A DNA stretch of 64,000 nt, from assembly GCF_006345805.1 (NCBI RefSeq), contig NC_042997.1, forward strand, positions 111,290,001 through 111,354,000. Reading direction: 5' to 3'. Within the stretch, counting starts at the first letter, position 1. Each line of letters starts with the position of its first letter. Positions 38,745 through 52,080 of this stretch are shown in pieces. A program made the position numbers and the translations under genes. This stretch comes from Octopus sinensis. Its lineage: Eukaryota. The notes beneath the pieces are model-generated. The model was not told the DNA's origin and did no database searches. It saw nothing but the letters and a program-made list of their open reading frames with translations.

Positions 38745-39895
38745 GTGGAAAAAGTATGGCGAAGTGGAGGATAGGACTGACAGCATATGGAAGAAGTTTA
38801 GGGAGAATAGAAATCAGGAAAAATCATCTTCCAAGGGAACTGCCTGTCCACACTGATTCTGAAGAAAGCAAAAGCCGCCAACAAAAAGTCAACCATTTGT
38901 TATTTATGGATGACCTCAAACTTTATGGTAAAGATGAATCTCAAGTCAGTTCCCTCGTTGATATGGTGTATACCTTCAGTACTGATATCGGAATGGTGTT
39001 CGGACTGAGAAAGTGTGGTGTGTTAGTCTTAAAGAAAGGCAAAATTAAATGTATGGATGGGCTAGCGAGACTGTTGGGGGAGGTTATGAAGCAGATAGAA
39101 GAGACGGGCTATATGTACTTGGGGATTTTGGAAATGGATAAATTGATGGAGAAAGAAACGACAGAAAAATTTAAGGTGGAGTATTTACACAGACTGAGAC
39201 TGATCCTTAAGTTGAAATTAAATGGACGGAATAAGATTGAAGCTATCAACACCTGGGCAGTTTCACTCCTTAGATAAGGAGCAGGAGTAATCGCAAAGAC
39301 AATAGACGAATTAAACAGCTTTGACTGAAAGACAAGGAAGTTGCTGACTAGATATGGGATACTCCGCCCAAAAAGTGACACAGACAGACTGTATGTAACA
39401 AGAAAAAGAAGGGGAAGAGGACTGATTGGATGTGAACACAGCATTAGAGCAGAAGCAAACAACATAGCATGGTATGTAAAAAATACTACAGAACCACTAT
39501 TATTAGAAGTAAGAAGGCCAGGCTTCTGTAAGATGGAAGATTGGAAAGATAACACACTGTACAAGGAGTGAGAATGAATGAAACTGAAAATAGGTGGATA
39601 AAGAAAAGAATGCATGGACAATTTCATAGGGATGTTGAAGACAAGACAGACAGAGAAAAAATGTGATTTTAAAACCAGAAATGGAGGTTCTAATCTGTGC
39701 TGCCATTACATCAAATACAGAATAAACAAACATCAGAAAGTGATAAATGCAGAATTTGTGGACACAGTGGTGAAACCATACAGCATATTACCAGTCAATA
39801 TACACCACTAGCCCAGAAGGAATATAAGAGACGTCATTGAACACTTTGACAGAGCAAAAAAGTGGTATGAACATAAACCCAAAGGCACCTTCACA
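38745..39895 (+). mobile_element. R4/Dong-clade non-LTR retrotransposon remnant (RT and CCHC knuckle)
   Basis: IFQGNCLS, HLLFMDDLKLYGK, YMYLGI, AINTWAV, DTDRLYV.RK.GRGL, KCRICGHSGETIQHI..LAQKEYKRRH; contains stops, frameshifts and a deletion. Confidence 0.9.
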
Positions 39896-39949
39896 ACAGC
39901 AAGAATGAAAATAATAAACCTTTCTATGTAAAAAGGCCTAAAAGTTGGT

Positions 39950-40330
39950 GGTGTGTGTGTGGAGGGGGGGTAGTAATTATATCGATTCCAGCGCTCAACT
40001 GGTCCTTATTTTATCAACTCCAAAAAGGATGAGAAGCAGGTCGACCTCAGCAGAATTTGAACTCAGAACGTAAAAACGGACTAAATACCTCTAAGCGTTT
40101 TGCATGGTGTGTTATCGATTCTACCAGCATGCCGCATAGCAACAGCAGCAGCAACAACAACAATAATAATATGTTTAATTTTAGGTGGCAAACTCTTACA
40201 GCGTCGGATAGAATGCTTCATTGTATTGTTTCCAAACCTCAGAGCTCTGAGTTCAAATCCAAATGCAGTTAACTTTGTTGCTCGATCTTTCGGGATTGAT
40301 GAAAAAAATACCAATCTATTGCAGTAGACT
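39950..40330. mobile_element. Two decayed SINE family B copies, divergent (39950-40130 minus, 40170-40330 plus)
   Basis: Partial matches to the family B consensus. Confidence 0.6.
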
Positions 40331-40507
40331 AGTGGAAGTGTTAGAACGACGGCCAAGATGCTGGCACACTGCGTTCTGACCTTTTGCATTCTGGTCCATT
40401 GCGTACCTGCTTTTGTGTTTAGGCTGTCCACTTACCAATACTAAGGTCTACAATGATAATGGTGCCAGGCTGTATCGGGCCCCAAAACAGGGATCATTCC
40501 TTTAGAC

Positions 40508-41107
40508 CAGTGGTTCTCTACCATTTCTTGCTTGTGACCCCCTTTCATTCCTGTTTTACTTTACTGAACCCCCATAACCATTTAATGTTTAAAAAAACCT
40601 ATTGTATTTATAAAAGCAATAATAAATCTCTGAGCGAAGTATAAAGAGTAGCTGCACGACAATGTAAAGTATATTTGCCACTTAAATGTGGCTAACCCTT
40701 AAGGGTGGATGCTAATGTAGCTTGTAACCCCAGGAGGACACCTCCTCCAGCTGGCTAACTTTCCTTCCCATCTTCAATCTGACATGATACACACAGTGTG
40801 TATCATGTCAGATTGTAGATGGGAAGGATGGCTTCCCTTTGCAAATACTGATAGGGCACGGGTGTGTCAATAGCCAGCTGGAGGAGGTGTCCTCCTGGGG
40901 CTACAAGCTACAGTAACATCCACCTTTAAGGATTAGCCACATTTAAGTGGCAAATATGCTTCACGATATATTTAGATAATTAAATATTTTTAGGAATTGT
41001 ATAAAAGAATTGTTAAAATATTTTGTGATTTATAGAAGTATAAACTTTACTGAGAAAATCTTAGATGAACCCCCAAGGGTCATGTGGATCTCATTTGAGA
41101 ACCACTG
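40508..41107. mobile_element. hAT-like element containing a nested 303-bp palindrome (40663-40965)
   Basis: CAGTGGTTCTC / GAGAACCACTG termini; no convincing TSD. Confidence 0.6.
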
Positions 41108-41383
41108 CCTTCACAGAAAAGAAAAACCTTGCTTAGTCCTACACATTCAGACGCAAATACAGGAGTGTCTGAAATCAACAGATGCCCCTACATTAGAATA
41201 TTTTCAGCAATTTGAAAGAGGTTTCTGTTGCACCACCGGAGACACACACACTTGGTCCTCAGGTACCTGCAGTTTGTCTTTTACGGATGAAGAATTCTCT
41301 TTCTATTCTACATTCAGTTATAGTGTGTTGTTAATGTGTCTATTTTAGAATTTCATCAGTTAGAACATGCATGTGTGTGTGTG

Positions 41384-41756
41384 CAGGGCTGGATTAAGAC
41401 CCATACAGGCCCTAAGCTCATAAAGCATTTTGGTGACCCCTATATCTATGTAATTCAAAATATAAACAATGATGTTTCCAAAATAAAACAAAACTAACAA
41501 CAAGATGGAAAATAATGTTTATTTTTGTATTTGTTTTTGTAAAGTTTTCTACTTTCTTTAATTGCAAAGATCCTGTTTATGACATCATGCACACTTTGGA
41601 ATTATATTTCCGATCATATAAACCACTTTGAATATTACTTTGGCAAGTTTAAAGTGATCTCTTTATTGCCGTGAACAATTTACCATCTTTGTGGTGCCCC
41701 TCCCCTCGATGGTCTAAGCACGCACTTATCTTGCATAATTGATTAATCCAGCACTA
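41384..41756. mobile_element. hAT-like MITE (CAGGGCTGGATTAA / TTAATCCAGCACT termini)
   Basis: Terminal inverted repeats. Confidence 0.6.
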
Positions 41757-41769
41757 TATATAGGATTGA

Positions 41770-41800
<31 letters not shown>

Positions 41801-42169
41801 AGTGTGTGTTTATGCGTGTTTTCACCCAGCTGGCAAAAATTAATCGTACCTGCATTCCAAAGGGCCAGCCTTGTCACATTCTGTGTGTCACACTGAATCT
41901 CCATGAGAACTACATTAAGGGTATGCATGTCTGTGGAGTACTCAGCCACTTGCACATTAATTTCACGAGCAGGACGCTCTGTTGATCAGATCAAGTGGAA
42001 CAGTCATCGTCGTAACTGATGGAGAGCCAGGCAGGATGTATATGTGTGTGTGTCTGTGCCTCTGTATCTCTCTGTGTGCATATGTGTGTGTGTTTGTGTG
42101 TTAGAATATATGGAATGTGAGCTGTATTGTTTTGTTGAAGAATGGTTTGGCAGCGTCCTCAGAGTATCA

Positions 42170-42559
42170 TCGCTAGCCACTAAACCATTTTTATTTTCTC
42201 TCCCAGTTTATTTCTGTGTTCCTTTCTGTTGAAGAGCATAGGCTCGAAACATAAAAGACTTTCTCACTTCACAAGCGTTAAACCAATACATCTGTTTGTT
42301 TACACCAGTGGTTTTCAACCAGGGTTCCGCCAGTACAGTCCAGGGGTTCCGCAAGAAGTTACAAAACTGCTAAAATCGGCAGTAATTTTCAATTCTCCTG
42401 TGCAGATATGTGTGCATAAGACTATTAAATTATTGCACAGGGGTTCCTCGAGCCAGGGGAATGTTTCCTTGGGGTTCCGCTCCAGCAAAAAGTTTGAAAA
42501 GCACTGGTTTACACAAGCATCTTCATCTTTTGTTTTTTTTTTTCATAAATTCTCACTAT
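42170..42559 (+). mobile_element. Solo Penelope-like terminal repeat with hammerhead-like motif (42219-42259), interrupted by a hAT MITE
   Basis: Homologous to the reverse complement of 9875-10050. Confidence 0.8.
42306..42506. mobile_element. hAT-type MITE
   Basis: CAGTGGTTTTCAA / TTGAAAAGCACTG TIRs; perfect 8-bp TSD GTTTACAC. Confidence 0.9.
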
Positions 42560-43845
42560 CAGACAATATGTCTGGCGCTGTTTATTCAGCTCCTTTAAGT
42601 TCTGCATTCAAATCCGGCCTAGGTCAGTTTTGCCATTCATCCCTTGAGATTCAATAGAATAAACAACCAGTCAACTCCTGCAACTGATGTAATCTACTAC
42701 CGTCCCTCACTCCAAAATTTGTTGGCTTTCTACTTAAACTAGAAGCAAAATCATTTTGGCACAAGTCCATAGAATTTTAGGAAGTTCAACATCAACTCGC
42801 TTCTTTCCTAATGTTAACCAGTCCTTATTTCATCGATCCAAGAAGAGCAAAAATGTAAAGGCAGGTCCCAGTGGGATGGGGATGCAGCACTTAAAAGAAC
42901 GTAATCAAATACCAACGTTTTATCATTTCTGTTATGGCATCACCTTTTTTTCTGTTGCTTATATAATTATAGAATTTCAGTGGAAACAGGTAAAAATTAT
43001 CTGAGTTATCAACCTTTGGGATTTGAAAGTACAAAGAATTCTGGGAAATATCAGAGGAACTGAGTTCTTACATGTGTGGCCGTGATTAAAGTGAAATAAG
43101 ATTGTACCGGAAAACTCTCAAATACATACTGCGTGGGTGAACTTCAAGATGTTGATGTAATTAAGAAAGGGATAGCAATGGCCTACTGCTATTTTCCACA
43201 GAAAATAAGAGAAGGTAGATATTTAGAGCTTGCAGCCATCACTCACGAGTGTGAACGATTGTGTTGCATACCATACTTTCGTTGTTTTAGGTGTGTATCT
43301 AGTTGTGAATGAACACAAACACTCTCTCTCACTCTTTTCACACTTGATGTGAGAGGAGCGAGAGAGTGATGATTGTCAAGATCTGACAATCGGAAGGAAA
43401 AGAGAAGAGCTACACAAGCTGGACTAATTTCTGCACAATACATCGGAGTAACGAAGTACATGAAGCACCTTGTTAAAGAACCCACGACCTTATGACTATG
43501 AATCCAGCTACCTAACCAGGAGGCTATGCGCATCTGTTTATAGCTATAGACATTAAATCTGTATATTCGTATTCTGCGTTTATTTTCGTACAGTTGTAAC
43601 CGTTTTGTCTCGCGGTACACTAAACACAGTGACCCCGTCTCACTGTGCCACTCGTTTATTTTGCTTTTGTCCCAACAAAACCATTTCCTAGTACCATTTC
43701 TTATAAATGTGTTGATACTCTGATGTGAGTAGTCCTATTGTTAAAGTGTCAAAATCGTTATGGCCTTCAGTTTACAGCTGATGAGGGAGTGACCTGCAAC
43801 AGCTTAGAGTCATTTGCTAAGGCCACTTACTACACAAACGACAGG

Positions 43846-44466
43846 GTTGTCTGCATTAACTTTCCACGTGCTGAACATCGTAATAGTAATAAGTATTAAC
43901 TTAAACCCAACTCAGCAAGTGGTCCCTAATTTTCTTTTTTATCATTTTGGTCATGAAATTTATGCCGTCGTTTATGTAAATGATGTAGAGAAGTGGACCC
44001 AGTGTATTGGTTTCTAGTTTAGACATAAGACAAGCAAATTTGATGGAGTAACTCAATAGATATCACTGACTCCAGTGATTGGCTAGAACTTTATTTTAAT
44101 GACCTCGAAAAGCTGAAAATCAAAGCTGACTCAGGCGGAATATGAACTCTGAAACTAAAGCTTCGGAAGAAATACACCAAAACATTTTCCGGGTGCTTTA
44201 ACGATTGCGCCAGATCATCGCCCTGTGTAGACTTAATATAACATGAAAATGAGTGGAGAGGCGGAGGCGGGGATTGATAATGATTTCTACTGGGCATCGT
44301 TAAATTCCATCGATCCCCTGTTGGGTTCTGTTTACCAGGAAGCCCTTAATCCCATACAATATTTATCCAGGGATTCTAATTTATTAGGGACCACTTGCTG
44401 AGCTGGGTTTAAGTTATTACTTATTATTATTACTACGATGTCCGGCGCGTGGAAAGTTAATGCAAC
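43846..44466. mobile_element. Mutator-like foldback element with ~85-bp TIRs
   Basis: 43846-43930 is the inverted repeat of 44383-44466; 9-bp TSD AACGACAGG on both sides. Confidence 0.8.
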
Positions 44467-44725
44467 AACGACAGGCTCGGCTCGGGGGGGGGGGCTGTGT
44501 GTGCACGCATGCGTGTGTGGTAAGGGTTGTTTTTACTGATATAATGCTTACGTCATCTTCGGTAAGATCACTGAAGGAGCTCTGGAATATATCGCGGTTT
44601 CATTGGAATCATTAAGAAGAATGTGTGTGTGTATGTACTATTGCTGTGCCGGATATATGTGTGTGTGTGTGTTTATATGTATCTGTCTATCAATATATGC
44701 ACATAGACGCACACTTATATACACG

Positions 44726-44798
<73 letters not shown>

Positions 44799-45954
44799 AT
44801 ATATAAATGTAACACCATTGGAATATATCTGTTGTAATATAGCTGTTACATAAACAACATAATGAGATTCCCACATGTACGTATATATATCACACGCAAC
44901 CGTATACACACACACACACACACGAGTGTGTGTGTAAGCGTATGTGTAAGAATTTGTGTGTGTGTGTGTGAGCGTATATGTGAGAATATAAGTGTATATG
45001 TGAGAATGCGTGTATATATGTATATCTATTGAACAATCTGTCTGTATGAGTATGTATGCATCTATATGTATGTGTATACATAAAATTTATATATATATAT
45101 CTATGTGGACACACACACGCACGCACACATTTATAACCATGAAGCTAGATAAGGCAGTTTTAGGACTATAAATAAATAAATATTTGATATAAATACTTTT
45201 TTGTTGTGTATTGAGTCCAATTTCTCCTGGTTTGCATAACCAACCCTTTATACGCACACATACACACTCACACACACACTTTCCTAAATACTACAGTACA
45301 AACTCCATTCTTACACAACTTTAAGTTTCTGATAAAGAAACTCCTAGCACGTGCGCGCTCGCGCGTATTTACCGGACTTCTCTATTGCTGTTTGCATCCT
45401 GTGTTTATATAAATAGTGTTACTCTTTGAAGTTTCCGTTTTCCCTCGAGTCTTATAAACCGGCAGTAAAAGATTAGACCGTTTCTGCAGAGCAATAAGTA
45501 CAGATTAACTAGAAATAGTGTTTTTTCTACTCACCTACAAGAAACCATTCATCATTTTATGTACACGCATATCGTTCTTAGTTCGTTTCTCTGCGCGGCT
45601 TTTTTTTTATTATTTATAAATCTTTTCCGTTTCATTTCTTTTCTTTCATTAAAAGTCACGCATCGATAGAAAATTGTAATAATTTACAGAAGAGAGAGAA
45701 AATATGATATTTCTGTTTGACTTCATAATTCTTTTCAATGTTACAAGAAATAAATGCTGTTGTTTTTCTTTTTTGGTTTTCAAAAAATATGTTGTAACGA
45801 TTTGGAGAAGAAAAACTTAAACATCAAAGAATAAATGTTGGCGGGATTGACTTCATTCTATTTAACATATATACATTAAAAGGCCATATACAGACTTAGT
45901 AAATGTACGCAATATGCATGAATACATCTGTCTGTCTGACTGTCTATCTTATAT

Positions 45955-46135
45955 TTTACTTGTTTTAGTCATTAGACGACGGCCATGCTGAGGCATCGCC
46001 TTGAGGAATTTTAGTCGAATGCATCAAACCCTGTAATTATTTAAAAAACGGGTACTTATTCTATCGGTGTCTATTGCCGAACCACTGCATTACGGGAACG
46101 TAAATACATGAACAAGTGGTTGCAGAAGACAAACA
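45955..46135 (-). mobile_element. SINE family A 3' half (a 5' half lies at 47676-47822)
   Basis: Reverse-complement match. Confidence 0.75.
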
Positions 46136-46143
46136 CACGCACG

Positions 46144-46247
<104 letters not shown>

Positions 46248-46253
46248 CCCGTC

Positions 46254-46317
<64 letters not shown>

Positions 46318-47320
46318 CTAGCGGAGACACTCGGCGTTGCTCGGGATTAAATTGGCATAGTTTGTATATAATATATTACAGTTATGTTGAAAGAGGTGAT
46401 AAGTGAAGGTGCAGCATTGACGATAAAACATTTGTGGAGTAAATGATGGGCTAATTCGACTAAGCAACATGCTATGCGTTCGTTTGGAGTATTTCAGGCC
46501 CTAACGTGTGGGGGTTATGTGATTTTTGAACGGACCGAGAAGCTGTCAGTGGATATACTCTCTTTTGCGGCAGTCGGCGCTGTGTCTAACACGACCCATC
46601 ATCTGAAATGCTGACACCTCCTTCGGGTTTGTTGCCCTACATCACTCATAAAGTAAATTTGGAGGAACTGTAGTTGTTCATTTGTGGGTAACAGGAAACC
46701 AATGAGGTGATAGATTTGCCCTTGAACTTTGACGTCGTCGTAAATTCATGTTTATCTATCTTCTTAGATGCACCAAACGATGTCATTTGCAGAGTTGTAT
46801 TGTCTGATATTTTTCTGAAAATCCTTTGACTGTATGGAAATGCCTTCTAGAAGATCCATAAGAGGCTGAGAAGGAGCTGGTAGTGTTGGCAATGTTACCT
46901 GACCGCCTCAGCAGCACATACCATTTGTTTCATCTGAAAAATTTAAAGCTCTACAGAAAAGACAGGGTGTTTAGCACACCAATTTGGACAGAGTTATTAT
47001 TTTTATAAGAATGGGAGATCATATCTGAAAACAGCTTCATGAGTTGTGAAGAACGAATTTGTACGTAGTCTGTTTCCGAGAGCTATTCTATTGGACCTCT
47101 GTCTAATCATTAAAACATTGATTTAATATGTCTGTGAAGACATATTTTTGTAGTAAAAGGAAATAGTAGTGCTTTGGCTGCTATTTCAAAAATTTCCGGT
47201 ATGTGGTCAAGCAACTTGTTGCAAAACCCTTATTGTTTACCGAATATGATCTTTTTCCATACCGAAATACTACTAGGTGAAATTTGTTGATTTTATTAAA
47301 TTATCTTTCACCCTATATCT
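46318..47320 (-). mobile_element. Internally deleted Helitron
   Basis: 3' end hairpin CCCGAGCAACGCCGAG + CTAG|T at 46318. The minus strand 46960-46620 gives ETNGMCC*GGQVTLP..NIRQYNS..MTSFGA..KVQGQIYHLIGFLLP..FLQIYF, the Helitron Rep N-terminal motifs. The 5' boundary is approximate. Confidence 0.8.
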
Positions 47321-47323
47321 GTA

Positions 47324-47444
<121 letters not shown>

Positions 47445-47528
47445 TATATATATGTATGTAGGTCCCGGGTTGAGTCGGAGTTAACCACAGTAAATAAGGT
47501 ACTCAATACATAGCAAAAATAAATAATA

Positions 47529-47560
<32 letters not shown>

Positions 47561-47614
47561 TATAATATATATTATATATATAATATATATATATAATATA
47601 ATATATATATTATA

Positions 47615-47675
<61 letters not shown>

Positions 47676-48164
47676 GCGACGGGCTTCTTTCAGTTTCCGT
47701 ATACCAAATCCAGTCACAAGGTCGGCCCGATGCTATAGTAGAAGACACTTGCCCAAGACGCAATGGGACTGCACCCAGACCCATGTGGTTGGGAAGCAAG
47801 CTTCTTACCACACAGTCACGGTCTGTGCCTCTGTGTGTGTGTGTGTGTGTGTTTTAAACTTTTACAACAAAAGGTTGAATGTGACTTCGAAGTTTCGGCT
47901 TATTGCCCTTTGTCAGACATAATTTAAATTCAATGGATTTAAAGACTTTGCCGATATCAACTCCCTATTTCAGCCTTTTGGGACCGATAAAATAAGTACC
48001 GTGTAATCGCCTCGTTCCTTCCCCACCCCAAATTTTCAGGTCTTGTGCTTCGAATAGTTGAAAGGATTTCAAGGTTATAATTGCCCAAATCATCTTCCTC
48101 TCGATGAAAATATAGCTTTAAAGCAATTAATATAAATTATATATACGATTAAGTGCTAGGATCA

Positions 48165-48412
48165 CTAAGCATAAATTGGCATATTTTGGTAATATTATGC
48201 GGAGAAAATCCCTGGAGAAGGACATCATGCTCGGAATGGTCAATGGCAAGAGAGGAAGAGGCCTACCAAGAACCCGCTGGCTTGGCACCATCAAGAGTGA
48301 CACGGGATTGGCCATGGCCAATCTGAAAGAAGCGACCCAGGACAGAACTGGCTGGAGAATACTGATCCATCGAGTAACCGAGAGTCGACTTCGACTGAGC
48401 GGATAGATAGAT
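48165..48412 (+). mobile_element. RTE-BovB-like LINE 3' end
   Basis: AYFGNIMRRKSLEKDIMLGMVNGKRGRGLPRTRWL..QDRTGWRILIHRVTESRLRLSG*. Confidence 0.85.
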
Positions 48413-48704
48413 ACGATTAAGTAATTAGGAAAATAATGATGCTTATCCTCATGAAACAGCTGTTGAGCACAATTAAAGTATGAACTATTAATGTAAGAAA
48501 TATATGTGAAATTTGTGCTTTTCTACTTTTGTTCTAAATAAGTTGCTCTATCAGGTCATCTTAGCCGATTGTTGCATTAATAGTTGTGAGTTCGTTCCAT
48601 CCTGGATTTACTGCAATGGTATAACGTGTGGGAGTATAACGACCTGTTCTTAATTCGGCTCTTAATCACTGTGGATACATACTTTTTTATGTTTTTACAT
48701 ACAT

Positions 48705-48985
48705 AGCTGCCCTGCAGATATACCTATCTCTTTGAAAATCAAAGAAAAAGTGGATATCTATGGACAACTGCTTCGAAACTTCCAGCTTCTATATCCAGAC
48801 TATGAAGTCATATTCATACCAATAATAATCGGAGCACTAGGTTTTGTTAGTCAATGCTTAAAGGAGAATCTGGATATACAGGGATTTTCAGAAAGAGAAA
48901 TCGACTGGCTCATTCGTACATTACAAATCCAATCTGTGAGTGGAACAGTAAAAATATGCAAGACTTTTCTCAAGTTCCAAATGTG
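48705..48985 (+). mobile_element. RLE-type non-LTR element C-terminal remnant
   Basis: SCPAD..KIKEKVDIYGQL..IPIIIGALGFV..LQIQSVSGTVKICKTFLKF. Confidence 0.75.
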
Positions 48986-49394
48986 GATTTGTCTGTGTTA
49001 ACTACATCCCAAAGATGGAGCCTTGTATCTTTGTTGGAAACCATATCCCTCTTCAGTGGAAGATTTATAATAATTAAAAGACAGAAGAGACATACATGCA
49101 TAGCGAAGGCGCATAGATTAGTGGTTAGCGTATACAGGTCAAGATCGGAAGGTCATGAGTTCGATGTCCGTTGGCGCTTTGTTTCCTTTTAACAAAACAC
49201 TTTATTTCATGTTTTGTGTGTGTGTCCCCACTCGGCAGGCAAAAATGAGTTGTACCTGTATTTCAAAGGGCCAACCTTGTCACACTCTGTGTCACGCTGA
49301 ATCTCCCTGAGAACTACCTTAAGGATATGCGTGTCCATGGAGTGCTCAACCACTTGCACGTTAATTTCGTTGATTGAATCGACTGGAACACGAG

Positions 49395-49530
49395 ATAGAT
49401 AGATATGTAGGTAGTTAGGTAGATAGATAGATAGATAGATAGATAAATGGATGGATAGATAGATGGATGGATTGATGGATGGATAGGTAGACAGACAGAC
49501 AGACAGACAGACAGACACAGACAGACAGAC

Positions 49531-49607
<77 letters not shown>
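49395..49607. repeat. (GATA)n/(GACA)n microsatellite
   Basis: Direct reading. Confidence 0.95.
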
Positions 49608-51196
49608 TGAACTAATGATCAACAGATGCCAGAACCAAAGACAGCTTCTCAATTGGGCTACACCGTCATCAAGAACACCGTAATTAAGTATAAAATACAA
49701 ATCTTTAAATCTAGAGTGAGAGAAAGAAAGGAAAAAAATTCACAAAATGGCCGACTTCAAACGCTTCTCTCGACTTGAGATTTTTTTTTAATTTTGAAAG
49801 TGAAAACGAGAAGCGCACGTACAAATGTGAAGTAAGCAATTATTCCCCTTCGGGAATTTACCCTAGTTTGTACCTCTCTCGATCTATTTAGGATGTATTC
49901 TATCCACAGCGGATAAGTTCTTGATGTTGAGATAAATATCTCGTGTTATGAGTCCGTAGACGTAGGCAGACAGCTCTTGTAAAACACCTGCTTGATGAAT
50001 TTCATACCTTTTATGACTGCCAAGAGACAAAACCAAAACGAATTGTCTCTTGTCACCTGTTTTTTAGCTTATTGTTGTGAGTTAGAAAATGAAACATTTT
50101 TGAGGTTAGCGGTTGGAGGTAAATATTAACGGAAACATGCGACCTTTAACATTTTGTATTTGATCAAGGAGAAAGAGGGGGATGCTGTATGTGTGTGTGT
50201 GAACGTGTGGTGATTATTTGGATGTCAGTTGAATGCTAATTAAACAGTGGTCAAGGTGTGAGGTCAATAAAAGTTCAGGTAGGAAAGTAGAAGGTGGTTG
50301 TGGTGGTAGTAGTTGTAGTTGTTGTTGTTGCTGCTGTAGTTGAGAGGATGCAGTTTGTTGGTCAAATATTGGAGCATCGTATAGGTGGGTGATTCCATGT
50401 TGAGAGAGAGAGGGGAAACAGCATATCTGTGGGTCAAATGATGGAATGTGTTATTGCAAGGTACCCGCCCCGCCTTCAACCACCTAGATCGAGTTGCGAT
50501 TTTGGTGGGGAACAGGGGGATTAAGATGTCCATAAGTGTAAGCAGTAATACCGTCCTATAATGGAGATAGGGGGAGGAGGGGCAATGCCCTATTAGGGGT
50601 TCTCGCTTGTTGTTGGCGAGAGGCAATTCCAGAACGTTCTGTTTGTACGTATCGGGTCAGTTTGTGCGTGAAACGGGGCTGAAGCGGAAAAACGAAGGTT
50701 GTGATGAAGCCGTTCGTTGTCTGTGATTGTCTGAAAGCTGGATGAATGGTGTAATGTGTAGTCATGAGTGGGATTTGGCTGCTATTTCTAGTAGGTCGAG
50801 TCTCCACGTAAAGACATTTGTTGATTTTGTTCAAACGAGTAGTAGTAGTAGTAGTAGTAGCAGCAGCAGCAGTAGTTGCTGTTTAAACCAAGTCATTAAT
50901 AATTTGTGTTCAGTGGCATTCCAGTCGTGACCAATCTCTTGAGGACAGTATTTAACGTTCTATCATTTAACCGATATTCTGGTCAGTAATCTCGAGTGAA
51001 TAAATAATTATTCTAACAGCGAGTTGTTGAGTATTTATTGAATGATGGTGATTAAAGAACGATGAAACAGAAAATGATAACGAAAGAGGAAGGTGAAGGT
51101 AAATAAGACGGACGTGGGGGAGGGGGGAGTTTAAAGAAAAATATCAAATAATTCTTTCTGTAAGGATTATTCATTGAGTATATCGAACCAAGTATT

Positions 51197-51535
51197 GGAT
51201 CTTTTCACTTTGACCGGCAGATTTTAAAAATAATTTCTTTGTATCTAAATACTTTAAAACTTCGTATACTGGCAGAATGTGTCACATAAAACATCTTTTT
51301 CTGTTGTCAAACAACTGCAGAAATTGTATTCACCACAATAGACGTCATTGATTGGTTGAAATTGCCGAAATACGATAAATTAAACAAGAAATAGTTTACA
51401 AGCTACATAATTTTCTCAAGAACGCCAAGAGAAAAAGATGTTTTATGTGACACATTCTACTAATATACAAAGTTTAAAAGTGTTTAGTTACAAAGAAATT
51501 ATTTTTAAAACCTGCAGGTCAAAGTGAAAAGATCC
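51197..51535. mobile_element. Merlin-like palindromic MITE inserted in a family B SINE
   Basis: GGATCTTTTCAC TIR; perfect 8-bp TSD CAAGTATT. The SINE B (minus) continues at 51544-51665. Confidence 0.85.
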
Positions 51536-51764
51536 CAAGTATTTAACTGGTATCATATTTTATCGACTCCAAAAGGATTAAAGGCAAAGGCCGGGATTTG
51601 AATGCAGAACGTAAAAGGCCGGAAGAAATGCTGCTACGCATTTTGTCCGACGTGCTAACGATTAATATTATTATTATTTGTAGTATTTAATAATTAAATC
51701 ATTAACATCATGAGAATTTAGAAACTTCGACGAGTAACCTTTGATTTTTTTTTGTTCAAAGGCG

Positions 51765-52080
51765 TAGGTGTGGCTGTGTAGTAAGTTTGGTACCCAACCA
51801 CATGGTTCTGGGTTCATTTCCATTGCGTGCTAACTTGGACAAGTGTCTTTTACTACAGCCACGGGGGGACCAAAGCCTTGAGAGTAGATTTTATAGACAG
51901 AAACTGAAAAAGTCTGTCATGTGTGTTTGTCCCCATCACCGCTTGACAACCGGTTCGGCAAAAGAATCCGATAGAATAAGTACCAAGCTTTAAAAATAAA
52001 AATAAAAAGCAGGTCAATTCGTTCGATTAAAATTAACTCGAGGCGGTTCCCCAGCATGGCCGCAGTCTAAGGAATGAAAC
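51765..52080 (+). mobile_element. SINE family A, decayed
   Basis: Match to both halves. Confidence 0.75.

Noticed and set aside
43778-43808. CTGATGA-GGG(AGTGA)CCT-GCAACAGCT
   Set aside because: GAAA is broken, there is no stem I and no cleavage triplet.
45520-45600. Minus-strand AG|GTGAGT donor near 45535 with nearby E-box/CG-rich motifs
   Set aside because: An isolated splice-like signal with no definable exon or ORF.
48453-48464. GAAACAGCTGTT
   Set aside because: No CUGANGA core or stem II upstream.
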